Shown here: positions 20,732 to 30,988 of the stretch, in pieces
How positions within the stretch are numbered: position 1 is the stretch's first letter
How the letters are laid out: each line of letters opens with the position of its first letter
Assembly (NCBI GenBank): GCA_963706595.1
Contig: OY970166.1
Location: forward strand, 4,064,001-4,128,000
Direction of reading: 5' to 3'
Origin: an uncultured cyanobacterium
Lineage (GTDB): Bacteria > Cyanobacteriota > Cyanobacteriia > Cyanobacteriales > Nostocaceae
DNA: 64,000 bases
Position numbers and translations under genes: made by a program
The notes under the pieces: generated by a model
Told to the model about the DNA's origin: nothing
Database searches by the model: none
The model's input: the letters and a program-made list of their open reading frames with translations, nothing else

Positions 20732-20736
20732 TTCTT

Positions 20737-21225
20737 CTAGATGTCAAAATGATATGATACTCCGCCTTTTTCGCTCACTTGAAAATCAGCATTGAATTCT
20801 TTAGCTTTCATATCTAAATACTCTTGTGCGTCTGCTGCTGGGAGTTGACAATTCATCGCCAAGCCTAAAACAGTGACGCGCCCGTTATTTTCTTGTAACA
20901 TTTTATAGAAATTCGATTGCAGGCGATCGCTTAATTGTTTCTGTTGTGCTTTTTTCTCATTCTTGCTTTGACGATACATTCCTAAACTCATCCAACCGCC
21001 TAACATCATTGTCGGAATCCCAAAAATTATCCCATTTCTCGCCGTATTATCCAGGAAATAAACAGCAGGTTCATTGATAAAATCCTCTGCTACAGCCTCA
21101 TGGTATCCTGTGGACATGGGCTTCAGCATCGATTTTTTCTCAACTGTCGCTGAAACTGATAGTGTCAAAAACATGAATCCCAGTGTTAATAGCCAACCCG
21201 CAGCCAATTTTTCAGCAGTCTTCAT
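20737..21225 (-). CDS. Hypothetical two-TM membrane protein
   Basis: Two hydrophobic segments and a soluble C-terminus; 5 nt from the DUF423 gene. Confidence 0.7.
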   Translation of the reverse strand: MKTAEKLAAGWLLTLGFMFLTLSVSATVEKKSMLKPMSTGYHEAVAEDFINEPAVYFLDNTARNGIIFGIPTMMLGGWMSLGMYRQSKNEKKAQQKQLSDRLQSNFYKMLQENNGRVTVLGLAMNCQLPAADAQEYLDMKAKEFNADFQVSEKGGVSYHFDI

Positions 21226-21344
21226 AATTTCCCATCAGATTTTAAACTTTGCTTGCGATTCTAACCTGACTTTAGTCAAGGTTCCAGTGTACTAATCTAC
21301 AGCCGAAAAATGCTAAAGTTAACACCCGCACACAGTGTTCTAAA

Positions 21345-21552
21345 AAATCCCCCCTCTCCTGACTAAGGAACCACGGTGTACACACAAATGATTGAATTAC
21401 CCCAAATCTATTTTTGTAGGGTGTGTTGTCGCGTAGCGCAACGCACCATCCTAGATTTTCGGTGTTAGGACTAACATCCATAACACACCCTACTTAACCG
21501 AGTAATATTCTCCCCTCTCCTTAATAAGGAGAGGGGTTGGGGGTGAGGTTCT
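21345..21552. repeat. Cluster of nested palindromic repeats and MITE remnants
   Basis: CCCCTCTCC...GGAGAGGGG hairpins, a lone CACGGTGTACACACAA end (compare 45435), and a GTAGGGTGTGTT...AACACACCCTAC REP-like pair. Confidence 0.65.
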
Positions 21553-21557
21553 ATATT

Positions 21558-22244
21558 TTATTTACGCGTAGCTTCCAATAAACGCGAGTAATAAAAACGA
21601 GTCTTCGTCATCGCTTGGCGTTGTACCGAAAAGCCATTACTTTCTAAAATTTTCACCACATCAGCCTCACGGTGGAGATAGGCGCGAGTAGCTTTACTTG
21701 GCCCAGGAAAGAAACTACCAATTTTCTTGAGTATAGTCAAAGCGCAGTTCTTGGGCGCAAAACTCATAATTACCCTAGACTCAGCCAAAGAACAAAGATG
21801 TGAAATCATCTCATCGGCTTTTTCTTGGGGATAATGAATGAGAACATCCAAGCAAATCACCGTGTTGTAGCTACCAGTCAAGGATTCTAAATCCTGGACA
21901 GCAAAAGTAGTATTTTCCGAATTTTCCAAAGTTGCTAAAGCTCTATCTTGAGCTTCTGTCACCATTTTCTCAGAAATATCACTAGCATAGATTTTAGCAC
22001 CATCAGCCGCCAAGGGGATGCTCAGACTACCCACGCCACAACCAGCATCACAGATTGATAATTCTGGTAAATTACCGTCATCTTTCAGCCAGCCAATCAC
22101 TGTATCTACAGTTTGCTGGTGTCCGGTGCGGATATCTAACTGAACCTTGTTTACCTCGCCATCGCCGTAAATTCGCCGCCATCGGTCAAACCCCGTGGAA
22201 TTAAAATACTCGCGAACAATCGTTTTATCGTCAGCTACGTTCAT
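21558..22244 (-). CDS. chlM: Mg-protoporphyrin IX methyltransferase
   Basis: YFNSTGFDRWRRIYG, DAGCGVG, CLDVLIHYP, KATRAYLH. Confidence 0.96.
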   Translation of the reverse strand: MNVADDKTIVREYFNSTGFDRWRRIYGDGEVNKVQLDIRTGHQQTVDTVIGWLKDDGNLPELSICDAGCGVGSLSIPLAADGAKIYASDISEKMVTEAQDRALATLENSENTTFAVQDLESLTGSYNTVICLDVLIHYPQEKADEMISHLCSLAESRVIMSFAPKNCALTILKKIGSFFPGPSKATRAYLHREADVVKILESNGFSVQRQAMTKTRFYYSRLLEATRK

Positions 22245-22658
22245 AAACTTAAATTTTCAAGTGTTCCCAATGCTTAAAATTATCATTAATAGCAACCGTC
22301 AAGAATACTTTGACATATTTTTTTCATAAGTTTTTCTCTCACTTACGGCATACTAACTAATTATAGATAATACCTGAGTCAGCTTGATATTTATCACTTT
22401 CGCCAGATAAAATTTGATTTTTTAACTATTTTATCTCAAATAAACTCCTGTTCAGAAAAACCTGAGCTATAGTTCTTACTCATTTTATGAAACAGACTCA
22501 ACTTTTTGCTTTTGCTTTTTCAGTAGTCTTGATTAAAATATAATTATAAAATATAATCTCAGTAGTCATGCTATCAATAATTTGTTTTTTACTAATTTCT
22601 AAATATTTGTATACATCGTACATTAGTTTATTGGCTCATTTAGCTTTATTCATCACCA

Positions 22659-24740
22659 ATGACATCAAATCTAATAACTGAGAGTCCCATTATTCAGTTT
22701 ACCATTCTCCTCACAGTAATTTTTACTGTCCCTCCGATATTTGAGCGCCTGCGAATACCTGGATTAGTCGGTTTACTGGTCGCAGGAGTGGTACTAGGGC
22801 AAAATGGGTTAAAGCTTCTAGACACTAACTCAGAAACGGTCAAGCTGCTTTCAGATATCGGCAAAGTTTATTTAATGTTTGTGGCCGGTTTAGAAATCGA
22901 TTTACAACAATTTCGTAAAACTAAAAATCGCTCAATTGTCTTTGGAATCCTCACATTTATAGTGCCATTAATTGCTGGGATACTTGTCGGGCGATTGTTC
23001 AATTTTGGCTGGAATGCGTCTGTCCTGATTGGTTCTTTACTAGCCTCCCATACTCTCTTAGCTTATCCAATTGTCAGTCGTCTGGGAGTGGTAATGAATG
23101 AAGCTGTGACAGTCACAGTCGGGGCGACAATTTTTACTGACACAGCCGCTTTATTAGTCTTAGCAATTTGTGTGGGAATTCATGGGGGAGAATTCTCGGT
23201 GATAAGTTTAGTAACTTTATTAGGTGGATTAGCAATTTATTCTGCTCTTGTACTCTTTGGCTTCGATTGGGCTGGTAAAGAATTTTTTCGCCGTTCTGGA
23301 GATGAACAAAGTAACCAGTTTTTATTTATCTTACTAGCTTTATTTCTCGCATCTGTGGGAGCGCAGATAGTTGGAGTTGAAAAAATTGTTGGGGCATTTT
23401 TAGCAGGTTTAGCAGTTAATGATGTTGTAGGACGCAGCCCAGTTAAAGAAAAAATTGAATTTATCGGTAGCGTCTTATTTATCCCTTGTTTCTTTGTAGA
23501 TATGGGGCTTCTAATTAATATTCCGGCATTTATCAAAACTCTTGGTTCAATTTGGCTAACAGTGGTAATTGTCGTCGCTTTAATTTCCAGCAAATTTATA
23601 GCTGCATTTTTAACCAAGCTCATTTACCGCTACAACACTGCGGAAATGCTCACAATGTGGTCGTTGTCCTTACCACAAGTAGCCGCTACATTAGCAGCAA
23701 CCTTAGTTGGCTATCAAACCTTAAATCCTGCTGGTGAAAGGCTAATTAGTGAAAGTGTCTTAAATAGTGTGATTGTCCTGATGTTAGTTACTTCAATTAT
23801 GGGTCCATTAATCACAACAAGATTTGCGGCGTTATTACAAATGCCCCAGACAGATTTAGAAACCGAAAATACTTCAAATTGGTGGGAAAATCCTGATAGT
23901 CAGCCAGCCGAAATAACTCAGCATCCATTCACTGTAGCAGTACCAATATACAATCCCCAAACGCAGCGCTATTTAATAGAAATGGCAGCCTTAATCGCTC
24001 AACATGAATCTGGTAAAATTTTGCCATTAGCTATTACCAAAGCCCACGTTCACATGGATGATCCACAATTAGGAATCTCACTAGAACAAAGTCAAAAAAG
24101 ATTAAAAATGGCTGAAGAAATCAGTCAAGAATTTAATGTAAAAGTGTCAACAGCAATTCGCATTGATGATGATGTTGCTTTGGCAATTAGCCGCATCAGT
24201 CGAGAACAAAATGCTAGTTTAGTCGTAATGGGTTGGTCTCGCACCACAGGTTTACGCGCCCGTTTATTTGGTAGTATAATTGATAGCGTTTTCTGGTCTT
24301 CTCACTGTCCAGTCGCAGTCACACGCCTGGTAAGTAGTCCCAAGACAATTGCCAGAATTATTGTGCCAATTGGAGATTTAAGACCTCAAACTATCAGCGC
24401 TTGGCGGTTTGCGGAAATGTTAGCTGATGTGAATCAGGCGGAGGTTGTACTATTACACGTTTCTAACAGCAACACTCCCGCGAATTTAGTAGAACAATTT
24501 ACAACTCAATTGTCTGATATTGTTGCTAAAAGTCAGTTGCAGGTTAATACAAAAATCCAAATCATTATCGATGATGATGTTGCTAAAGCCATAGTTCGGG
24601 AAGCACAAGCTTTTGATTTAGCTGTGTTACGTTCTGTGCGTTATCGCACCACAGGCGGGTTAGCCGTCAGTCAAGTCACAACTCAGGTGATAGAAGAGTT
24701 AACTGGTTCTATTGTGTTATTAGGAGAAGCACATCTTTAG
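22659..24740 (+). CDS. Cation/H+ antiporter (CPA2 family) with C-terminal USP-like domains
   Basis: Multi-TM N-terminus (LMFVAGLEIDL, IVGAFLAGL, PQVAATLA); USP-like VVMGWS...LFGSIIDSV. Confidence 0.9.
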   Translation: MTSNLITESPIIQFTILLTVIFTVPPIFERLRIPGLVGLLVAGVVLGQNGLKLLDTNSETVKLLSDIGKVYLMFVAGLEIDLQQFRKTKNRSIVFGILTFIVPLIAGILVGRLFNFGWNASVLIGSLLASHTLLAYPIVSRLGVVMNEAVTVTVGATIFTDTAALLVLAICVGIHGGEFSVISLVTLLGGLAIYSALVLFGFDWAGKEFFRRSGDEQSNQFLFILLALFLASVGAQIVGVEKIVGAFLAGLAVNDVVGRSPVKEKIEFIGSVLFIPCFFVDMGLLINIPAFIKTLGSIWLTVVIVVALISSKFIAAFLTKLIYRYNTAEMLTMWSLSLPQVAATLAATLVGYQTLNPAGERLISESVLNSVIVLMLVTSIMGPLITTRFAALLQMPQTDLETENTSNWWENPDSQPAEITQHPFTVAVPIYNPQTQRYLIEMAALIAQHESGKILPLAITKAHVHMDDPQLGISLEQSQKRLKMAEEISQEFNVKVSTAIRIDDDVALAISRISREQNASLVVMGWSRTTGLRARLFGSIIDSVFWSSHCPVAVTRLVSSPKTIARIIVPIGDLRPQTISAWRFAEMLADVNQAEVVLLHVSNSNTPANLVEQFTTQLSDIVAKSQLQVNTKIQIIIDDDVAKAIVREAQAFDLAVLRSVRYRTTGGLAVSQVTTQVIEELTGSIVLLGEAHL

Positions 24741-24776
24741 GGCTAGTAACAAATTAGATTTTTCAAACATCCTCTA

Positions 24777-24956
24777 AGCTCGACTTTATCCAAAATTAAG
24801 AACTCGGTTTTCTTTATCTGGCAAAACCTCTGGCTTTTTGGCAAATATTTTTTCCATATCACTTATTATCAATGAAATAAAAAAGGTACAACACCTACTC
24901 CACAAAGGTTTCCGTCATAGCTATTGCCTCAGCGTAAAAATGGATAAAGTCGAGCT
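24777..24956. mobile_element. 180-bp MITE-like element
   Basis: Perfect 16-bp terminal inverted repeats AGCTCGACTTTATCCA / TGGATAAAGTCGAGCT; no transposase inside. Confidence 0.65.
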
Positions 24957-25022
24957 GAGACGGCAAAGTTATCAAAGGTTAATCTCAGATTTTACTTACA
25001 ATTATTCTAGAACAAATAAACA

Positions 25023-25454
25023 ATGCAAGAGTCATTTTCCAATTCAGCAGGCAGACATCTACAGGATGCCCAAATTCTTTTGAACGCGCAACGGTGGGAC
25101 AACGCCGTTTACCTAGCAGGTTATGTTGTAGAATGTTCCTTTAAAGTACTTGTTGAGCAATACTTTAAGCATGACCAAGGTGCGGTAAAAAAATATGGAC
25201 ACGACCTCACTGAACTTGAGGGAAGGGCGATGGAACGCTTGCGAGTTCTCTATCCTATTTTGGATAAGCAACTTCCTGCTTTACGAATAGTTGGCACTGT
25301 TCTAGGTCAATATCATCCAGATCGTAGATATTCCAAATGTGGACTTTGGGCTGAAGCTGAGGCAAGAACTGCCGTTCAACGTGCGGAAGAAATCTACCGG
25401 GAAATACTCCCTAAGTTAGTGCTAAACGGCTCAATTTCTAGCCAGGATATTTAA
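25023..25454 (+). CDS. HEPN-domain protein
   Basis: RHLQDAQILL...AVYLAGYVVECSFK...GHDL..L...RRY pattern typical of classical HEPN helical bundles. Confidence 0.65.
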   Translation: MQESFSNSAGRHLQDAQILLNAQRWDNAVYLAGYVVECSFKVLVEQYFKHDQGAVKKYGHDLTELEGRAMERLRVLYPILDKQLPALRIVGTVLGQYHPDRRYSKCGLWAEAEARTAVQRAEEIYREILPKLVLNGSISSQDI

Positions 25455-25457
25455 TAA

Positions 25458-26819
25458 ATGACGATCACTTTTGGTGAAACCTTTGATAAAGTACGCGAAT
25501 GCTTTCAGGAACAAATCATTGTAGATACACTTGTACCTAAACTTCAGTCCGTCACTATTATTCGTGATGTTAATGGAAAGATTAGAATTTTTCTTGAACC
25601 ATTACAAAATAATACCATTCAAGAATCAGAAACAACTGATCTTAATACCGTTTTATCTACAGAACTGGGAAATTATTATGGGCATGACATTTGGCTGCCG
25701 ACAGGAGAAAAGGATGCTTACAAAGCTTTAATTGATACTATCAAAAATGAAAGAATTTTTGCGTCTTGGGATGATCAATCAGTTAAGCCTCGGTGGTATA
25801 TTCTTGAGCGCCACATTGCTAAACAGGCATGGACAGATAATAAACTAGGTAAACCACCTTGGACATATTCCTTAGTCGCGCAAAAGCATAAGCCTGCAAT
25901 CGTATCTTTTTTCTCATTTAAAGGAGGTGTTGGACGGAGCAGTCCTCTTGTTGCGACGGCATTGACTTTAGCCCGTAACGGTCATCGAGTTGCCATTGTT
26001 GACCTGGATTTAGAAGCACCAGGTTTGGCTACGATTTTTTCACCAGACAACTCCACAAATCTAGGTGTGATTGATTATTTATTGGAAAAGAAGATTCAAC
26101 AAGATGATTGTAAACTACGTACTCATCTGAGAAGCATTAATGAGCAGACTTTGCGAGGTGATGATGGTGAAAGTATACAATTACTTCCGGCTGGAACCGT
26201 AGATAACAATTATTTAGAAAAGTTAGCCCGATTGGACTTTCAGAACCTTGTGGATGGTGAAATGCAAAGTACAATGCAAAATATGTTAAAAGAATTGCAA
26301 AGCGAAGTAAGAGATTTAGATTTTATTCTGATGGATGCGCGAGCTGGTTTTCACGATATTGGTGGCTTGGCAATCACAAATCTCTCACATGGGGTAGTTA
26401 TATTTGGAACTCAATCACGTCAAAGTTGGGCTGGCTTAACCCATGTTATTCGACATTTAGCAAGTCCTGGAGTTGATGAACGTTTACCGTTGATTCTTGT
26501 ACATTCGATGGCTCCAGCTATAGGAATGCCAGGACGAGAAACAGAATTGAAAGAATTTCGGGAACAAGCATACATTGTTTTTCAAGAAAACTATTACTCT
26601 GAAGATGAAACTGTCCCTGATACTAACAATACAGAAGAACCATTTTTTCCTGTCGTTTTGCCGTATCAGGAAAGTCTACGTGGGGACATAGCTCTATTTT
26701 TTCGTAACTCAACTCCAGAAGAATCAAATCGACTGTCAGACCTCGTAAACATAATGACAAATTCTCCTTATCAGGATATTGCAGAAAAGTTATGTGGACT
26801 TTTTGGGCGTGAATTTTAA
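25458..26819 (+). CDS. ParA/MinD-like ATPase, KGGVGR variant, with N-terminal extension
   Basis: FFSFKGGVGRSS deviant Walker A, VDLDLEAPG, ILMDARAG. Confidence 0.85.
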   Translation: MTITFGETFDKVRECFQEQIIVDTLVPKLQSVTIIRDVNGKIRIFLEPLQNNTIQESETTDLNTVLSTELGNYYGHDIWLPTGEKDAYKALIDTIKNERIFASWDDQSVKPRWYILERHIAKQAWTDNKLGKPPWTYSLVAQKHKPAIVSFFSFKGGVGRSSPLVATALTLARNGHRVAIVDLDLEAPGLATIFSPDNSTNLGVIDYLLEKKIQQDDCKLRTHLRSINEQTLRGDDGESIQLLPAGTVDNNYLEKLARLDFQNLVDGEMQSTMQNMLKELQSEVRDLDFILMDARAGFHDIGGLAITNLSHGVVIFGTQSRQSWAGLTHVIRHLASPGVDERLPLILVHSMAPAIGMPGRETELKEFREQAYIVFQENYYSEDETVPDTNNTEEPFFPVVLPYQESLRGDIALFFRNSTPEESNRLSDLVNIMTNSPYQDIAEKLCGLFGREF

Positions 26820-26839
26820 AATTTAGATAAATTGAAACT

Positions 26840-28333
26840 ATGAGTGAATTTAATAAGCAAAAACTACTGGAATTAATCGTGGATATCGCCCCAGGTTGGG
26901 GTATTGCTGAACACGAAAGCTATAATGAAGATAAATTCTTAAAAAACTTTTTGCCCATAGCAGATTATCGTCTTGTTTTAGAACCGAATATATTATTAAT
27001 ACTAGGAGGACGTGGGGTAGGAAAAACAGAATTATTTCGTTTACTGGCAATGCCTTTAGGACGAAAATCTTTGGTTGAAAGCTTGGAAATCAGATCCTTA
27101 CCTACTTTGAGCAAAACAACATGGATAGCTGGTTTTGGAAGGACTCGCACAGCAGAAAAGCGATTTCCAACGCCAGAGAGTGTTGAAAGACAAATGGATA
27201 AGGCGACAAAGATTGAATGGCGTAGCTTCTGGATTGGTTTAATTTTAGGTGTATTATTACAGCAAGAAGATTTTAAGTTCAAAAATTTTCTGATTGAACA
27301 AATAGATCCAGAAATAGCCAACATTCTTAGAGATAACTTATCTCTCTTATCAATCTGGCAACCTATAGTTAATCAACATCTTGAAAAATTAAATTCTGTT
27401 TTGGATAAATTAGATCAAAAACTCACAGAAGAAGATGATTGGTTATTTGTAACTTATGATGAATTAGACCGATTAGTTGCTTCCTATACTGCCTTAGCAA
27501 GCCCAATTCGTGAACTTTTAGCTTTGTGGCTTGATCGATGGCGACGTTGGGATAGAATACGACCTAAAATATTTTTGCGTACTGATCTGTTTCGAGAAGA
27601 TTTTTTGAGTTTTCCTGATGCTTCCAAACTGCAAGCCCATCAAATCCGATTGGAATGGAAACATTCATGGCTTTATCAATTGTTGGTCAAACGACTTGCT
27701 AACTCTGGTACTGAAATGACGGAATATTTGCAAAATATCCCAGAGTTAATTATTGAAAACAAAACTGGTTTGGGCTGGACTGCAACATCAAATGAAAAAT
27801 TATTTGAAGAACTAATCGAAAGGATGATTGGTAAGTATATGGGGGCTAATGCTAAAAAAGGAATTACCTATCGCTGGATTCCTAATCACCTTCAGGATGC
27901 TGGTGGTAGAATTTCGCCACGTTCTTTTCTTAAATTATTTGCCTTAGCTGCACAAAGTCGAATACCACATTTGTCTTTTATTGAACAAAATACACTACTT
28001 TTACAACCCTCTGATTTACAAGGGGCTTTAATGCATACTTCAGATGATAGAATTAGGGAATTACAGGAAGAGTATCCTTGGTTAGAATCTCTCAAGACGA
28101 GCTTAGAAAATCTGAAAGTTCCTATGCAAAAAGAAGTATTTTTAGATGCTATAAAATCTACTACGTGGACTCCTGAAAAACGACCACCTGTAACTAAGTC
28201 TGAAGAAATTTTGCAATATTTACTTCAACTTGGAATTGTAGAAATTCGTTCTGATGGACGTATTAATATCCCCGAAATCTATTTGTATGGATTTAAAGTT
28301 AAACGCAAAGGTGGGCTGAAACGTCCCAAGTAG
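26840..28333 (+). CDS. P-loop ATPase (Sll1717-like / STAND-like)
   Basis: Walker A GGRGVGKT, Walker B LFVTYDELD, KIFLRTD, SPRSFLKLF, winged-helix-like C-terminus. Confidence 0.8.
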   Translation: MSEFNKQKLLELIVDIAPGWGIAEHESYNEDKFLKNFLPIADYRLVLEPNILLILGGRGVGKTELFRLLAMPLGRKSLVESLEIRSLPTLSKTTWIAGFGRTRTAEKRFPTPESVERQMDKATKIEWRSFWIGLILGVLLQQEDFKFKNFLIEQIDPEIANILRDNLSLLSIWQPIVNQHLEKLNSVLDKLDQKLTEEDDWLFVTYDELDRLVASYTALASPIRELLALWLDRWRRWDRIRPKIFLRTDLFREDFLSFPDASKLQAHQIRLEWKHSWLYQLLVKRLANSGTEMTEYLQNIPELIIENKTGLGWTATSNEKLFEELIERMIGKYMGANAKKGITYRWIPNHLQDAGGRISPRSFLKLFALAAQSRIPHLSFIEQNTLLLQPSDLQGALMHTSDDRIRELQEEYPWLESLKTSLENLKVPMQKEVFLDAIKSTTWTPEKRPPVTKSEEILQYLLQLGIVEIRSDGRINIPEIYLYGFKVKRKGGLKRPK

Positions 28334-28419
28334 CGTAATTGAAAATAATGATTCGTTGATGTATTGCTCATGATTCGATGTACCAAATTCTGGTAATAAT
28401 GTAATTATTCATTATCAAT

Positions 28420-29583
28420 CTAACCAAATAATCTTTGCCAAGTTAATTGTTTCGTGTTTTCATCTTTATGCCAGCGCAACAAATTGGCGGCTGGATTAGA
28501 AATAATTCCGGGTAAATTTATCGCTTTTCTAGGTGCATTTGTAGCTAAGGCGATCGCACTTTCTAAATCACACACTCCCCAGTTTACCAAATTTTGCACT
28601 CCCACTAATAAGGGTAAAGTTGTCCCTGATAAAGTTCCATCCGCTAATCTGGCTGTACCGTTTTTCACTTCAATTTGCCGACTGTCCCAAGGATACACGC
28701 CATCGGGTAGCCCCAGAGGTGCGAGGGCATCACTGACCAAAAATAGCCCTTGTGCTTGATGGCTGGCGCGGAGGAGAATTTGCAGCATTGTGGGTGTAAC
28801 GTGTTCACCGTCGGCAATGAAACCACACATCACATCAGGATGGGTAATTGCTGCACCTAATAGTCCCGGTTCGCGGTGATGTAATGGCGGCATAGCGTTG
28901 AAAGCATGAGTTACCATTGTTGCCCCCTGGTTAAAAGCCGCTTGTGCTTGGGCTGCTGTCGCCTGGGAATGCCCTAAACTGACAATTATCCCCAAAGAAC
29001 GCAAATATGGGATTACTTCCCCGGTAGTGTCTAATTCTGGGGCTAAAGTAATTACTTTGACAACATGGGCATAATCACCCAAAACTCTGTTTACTTGCTC
29101 AATTGTCAGAGGTAACAAATATTCGGCTGGGTGTGCGCCCCGCTTTTGGTAATTTAAAAATGGACCTTCTAAATGTACCCCCAGAATCTTTGCACCTATT
29201 TTTTGTGTGGGAATCAGATCAGCTATGATGGCGATCGCACGCTGGATATTTTCGACTGAAGTTGTCACTACAGTGGGCAAAAATCCATCTACCCCAACAT
29301 CCCAGAGAAATTGCGATATTTTAGGGATAATATCCGCATTTTCCGCCTTTAAATCGGGAAAAGCCAAACCCAACGCCCCATTAATCTGTAAATCCACACC
29401 GCCCAAAGAAATCCAATCACCAGCGACATCTAGCAAAGACTCACATCCAGTCAATGCCGTACTCATGGGTAAGATTTGCTCAATTATCCCTTCATGGTTA
29501 ACTAAAATTCTTTGTAAATCTTGATAACTAGGTACTCGTGCATTGATAATACATAACGGGTTTTGTGTTGCTTTGGTCATCAC
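28420..29583 (-). CDS. nagA: N-acetylglucosamine-6-phosphate deacetylase
   Basis: DLQING, HLEGPFL..KRGAH, TLAPE, SLGHS, THAFNAM. Confidence 0.95.
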   Translation of the reverse strand: MMTKATQNPLCIINARVPSYQDLQRILVNHEGIIEQILPMSTALTGCESLLDVAGDWISLGGVDLQINGALGLAFPDLKAENADIIPKISQFLWDVGVDGFLPTVVTTSVENIQRAIAIIADLIPTQKIGAKILGVHLEGPFLNYQKRGAHPAEYLLPLTIEQVNRVLGDYAHVVKVITLAPELDTTGEVIPYLRSLGIIVSLGHSQATAAQAQAAFNQGATMVTHAFNAMPPLHHREPGLLGAAITHPDVMCGFIADGEHVTPTMLQILLRASHQAQGLFLVSDALAPLGLPDGVYPWDSRQIEVKNGTARLADGTLSGTTLPLLVGVQNLVNWGVCDLESAIALATNAPRKAINLPGIISNPAANLLRWHKDENTKQLTWQRLFG

Positions 29584-29624
29584 ATTAGTTAGCTAAAATC
29601 TAAAATCTAAAATCTAAAATTAAC

Positions 29625-30146
29625 ATGGCTCCTCTTATCGGTATTATTATGGGCAGCGATTCAGACTTGCCCACCATGAAAGATGCGATCGCAATTTGTG
29701 CAGAATTTGGTGTAGAAGTCGAAGTAGCCATTGTTTCCGCCCATCGGACTCCAGAACGCATGGTGCAGTATGCCCAACAAGCCCATCAACGAGGGCTAAA
29801 AGTGATTATTGCCGGCGCAGGCGGTGCAGCCCATCTTCCCGGAATGGTAGCATCTTTAACCCCACTGCCTGTAATTGGCGTTCCCGTAGCGACTCGCAAC
29901 TTACAAGGTATTGATTCTTTATATTCCATTGTCCAGATGCCTGGAGGTATCCCAGTGGCAACAGTGGCAATCGGTAACGCTAAAAATGCTGGACTGTTAG
30001 CAGTGCAAATTCTGGCGACTCAGCAACCAGAATTACTCGAAAAAGTCCAACAATACCGCCAAAATCTTTCGGAATCGGTAATGGCAAAGCAAGCCAAACT
30101 AGAACAGATGGGCTATGAAAAATATTTGCAACAAGAATTGTTATAG
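29625..30146 (+). CDS. purE: N5-CAIR mutase
   Basis: [40 protein letters not shown]. Confidence 0.97.
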   Translation: MAPLIGIIMGSDSDLPTMKDAIAICAEFGVEVEVAIVSAHRTPERMVQYAQQAHQRGLKVIIAGAGGAAHLPGMVASLTPLPVIGVPVATRNLQGIDSLYSIVQMPGGIPVATVAIGNAKNAGLLAVQILATQQPELLEKVQQYRQNLSESVMAKQAKLEQMGYEKYLQQELL

Positions 30147-30156
30147 CACGACCAAA

Positions 30157-30290
30157 AAAGGCAGGGGAGAAGAGGAACGGGGGCAGGGTGCAGGGGGCAG
30201 GGGAGAAGAGGAATGGTTGTTAAGTAACCGGAAGTTGAAAATAATTTCTTACTCCCCCTTGCTCCCTGCTCCCTGCTCCCCCGCTTCTTC
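30157..30290. repeat. STRR-flanked dispersed module, copy 1
   Basis: Core GAATGGTTGTTAAGTAACCG..AATAATTTCTTACTCCCCCTTGCTCC, also present at 61917-61971. Confidence 0.75.
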
Positions 30291-30512
30291 TTTGACAGCA
30301 AGAGCTATTTGTTGATTTTTGCGGGTTCTTCTAGCAGCAAGTCAGCATGGAAACGTGACTTGATACTAACAAGTTATTCATCTTTTTTAGCCAAACTTAA
30401 TAATCTGCTTGACTTTTGGCTTTTAAAGTCAGAGAATGCTGACAAGGCAAAGGATACAGCTTCTGGCAAAGAATACTTACAGGCCACGACAGCAGTCAAA
30501 AAAACTAAAAAA

Positions 30513-30526
30513 GTATCTGCTAATAC
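30513..30526 (+). promoter_or_regulatory. Candidate NtcA binding site upstream of amt
   Basis: GTA-TCTGCTAA-TAC matches GTA-N8-TAC; a second match GTA-ATATTTTT-TAC lies at 30647-30660. Confidence 0.55.
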
Positions 30527-30988
30527 AGAACTTTAGTGCAAGTAAATAGAAAATCAGTCAACTTTACAGGCAATTTTACCAACGATTGCCACATAAATTA
30601 CTCTAGATAATGCCCAGTTTTGGTCATGCAAAGAAGTAAGCTTGCAGTAATATTTTTTACTGCTTATTGTGGCTTTTACGTAAAACTTCTCATTTTTGGT
30701 ATTTGTCGTGCCGAAGTATGACTGTTTTTAGATGCAAAATTTCAGTAAAAGTGAAGGAGGCTTGAGCGTTTCAGAAACTCGATAATATTTGTCTTAATAA
30801 AATCATAAAAAAATATTTACAAATGTACCCATAGTTTCCTAAACTCCTATTGAGATTATGTGAATTTTATGCTTTGTCAGCTAGTAGTCTGCATGGCTAT
30901 CAAAAACCACTAATTTTAACTTGGGGAGTTGGTTTTTTGGCTAAACTTGTGTTTTTCTGTTCAAGGTTGGAGGCTGTAATTTAAACTC

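Noticed and set aside
24838..25083. 81-aa ORF as a fourth gene of the HEPN operon
   Set aside because: TTG start inside the MITE, overlap with the HEPN gene, no recognisable motif
30113..30536. Short ORFs between purE and amt
   Set aside because: They translate STRR repeats or overlap the candidate NtcA site; no coding signature
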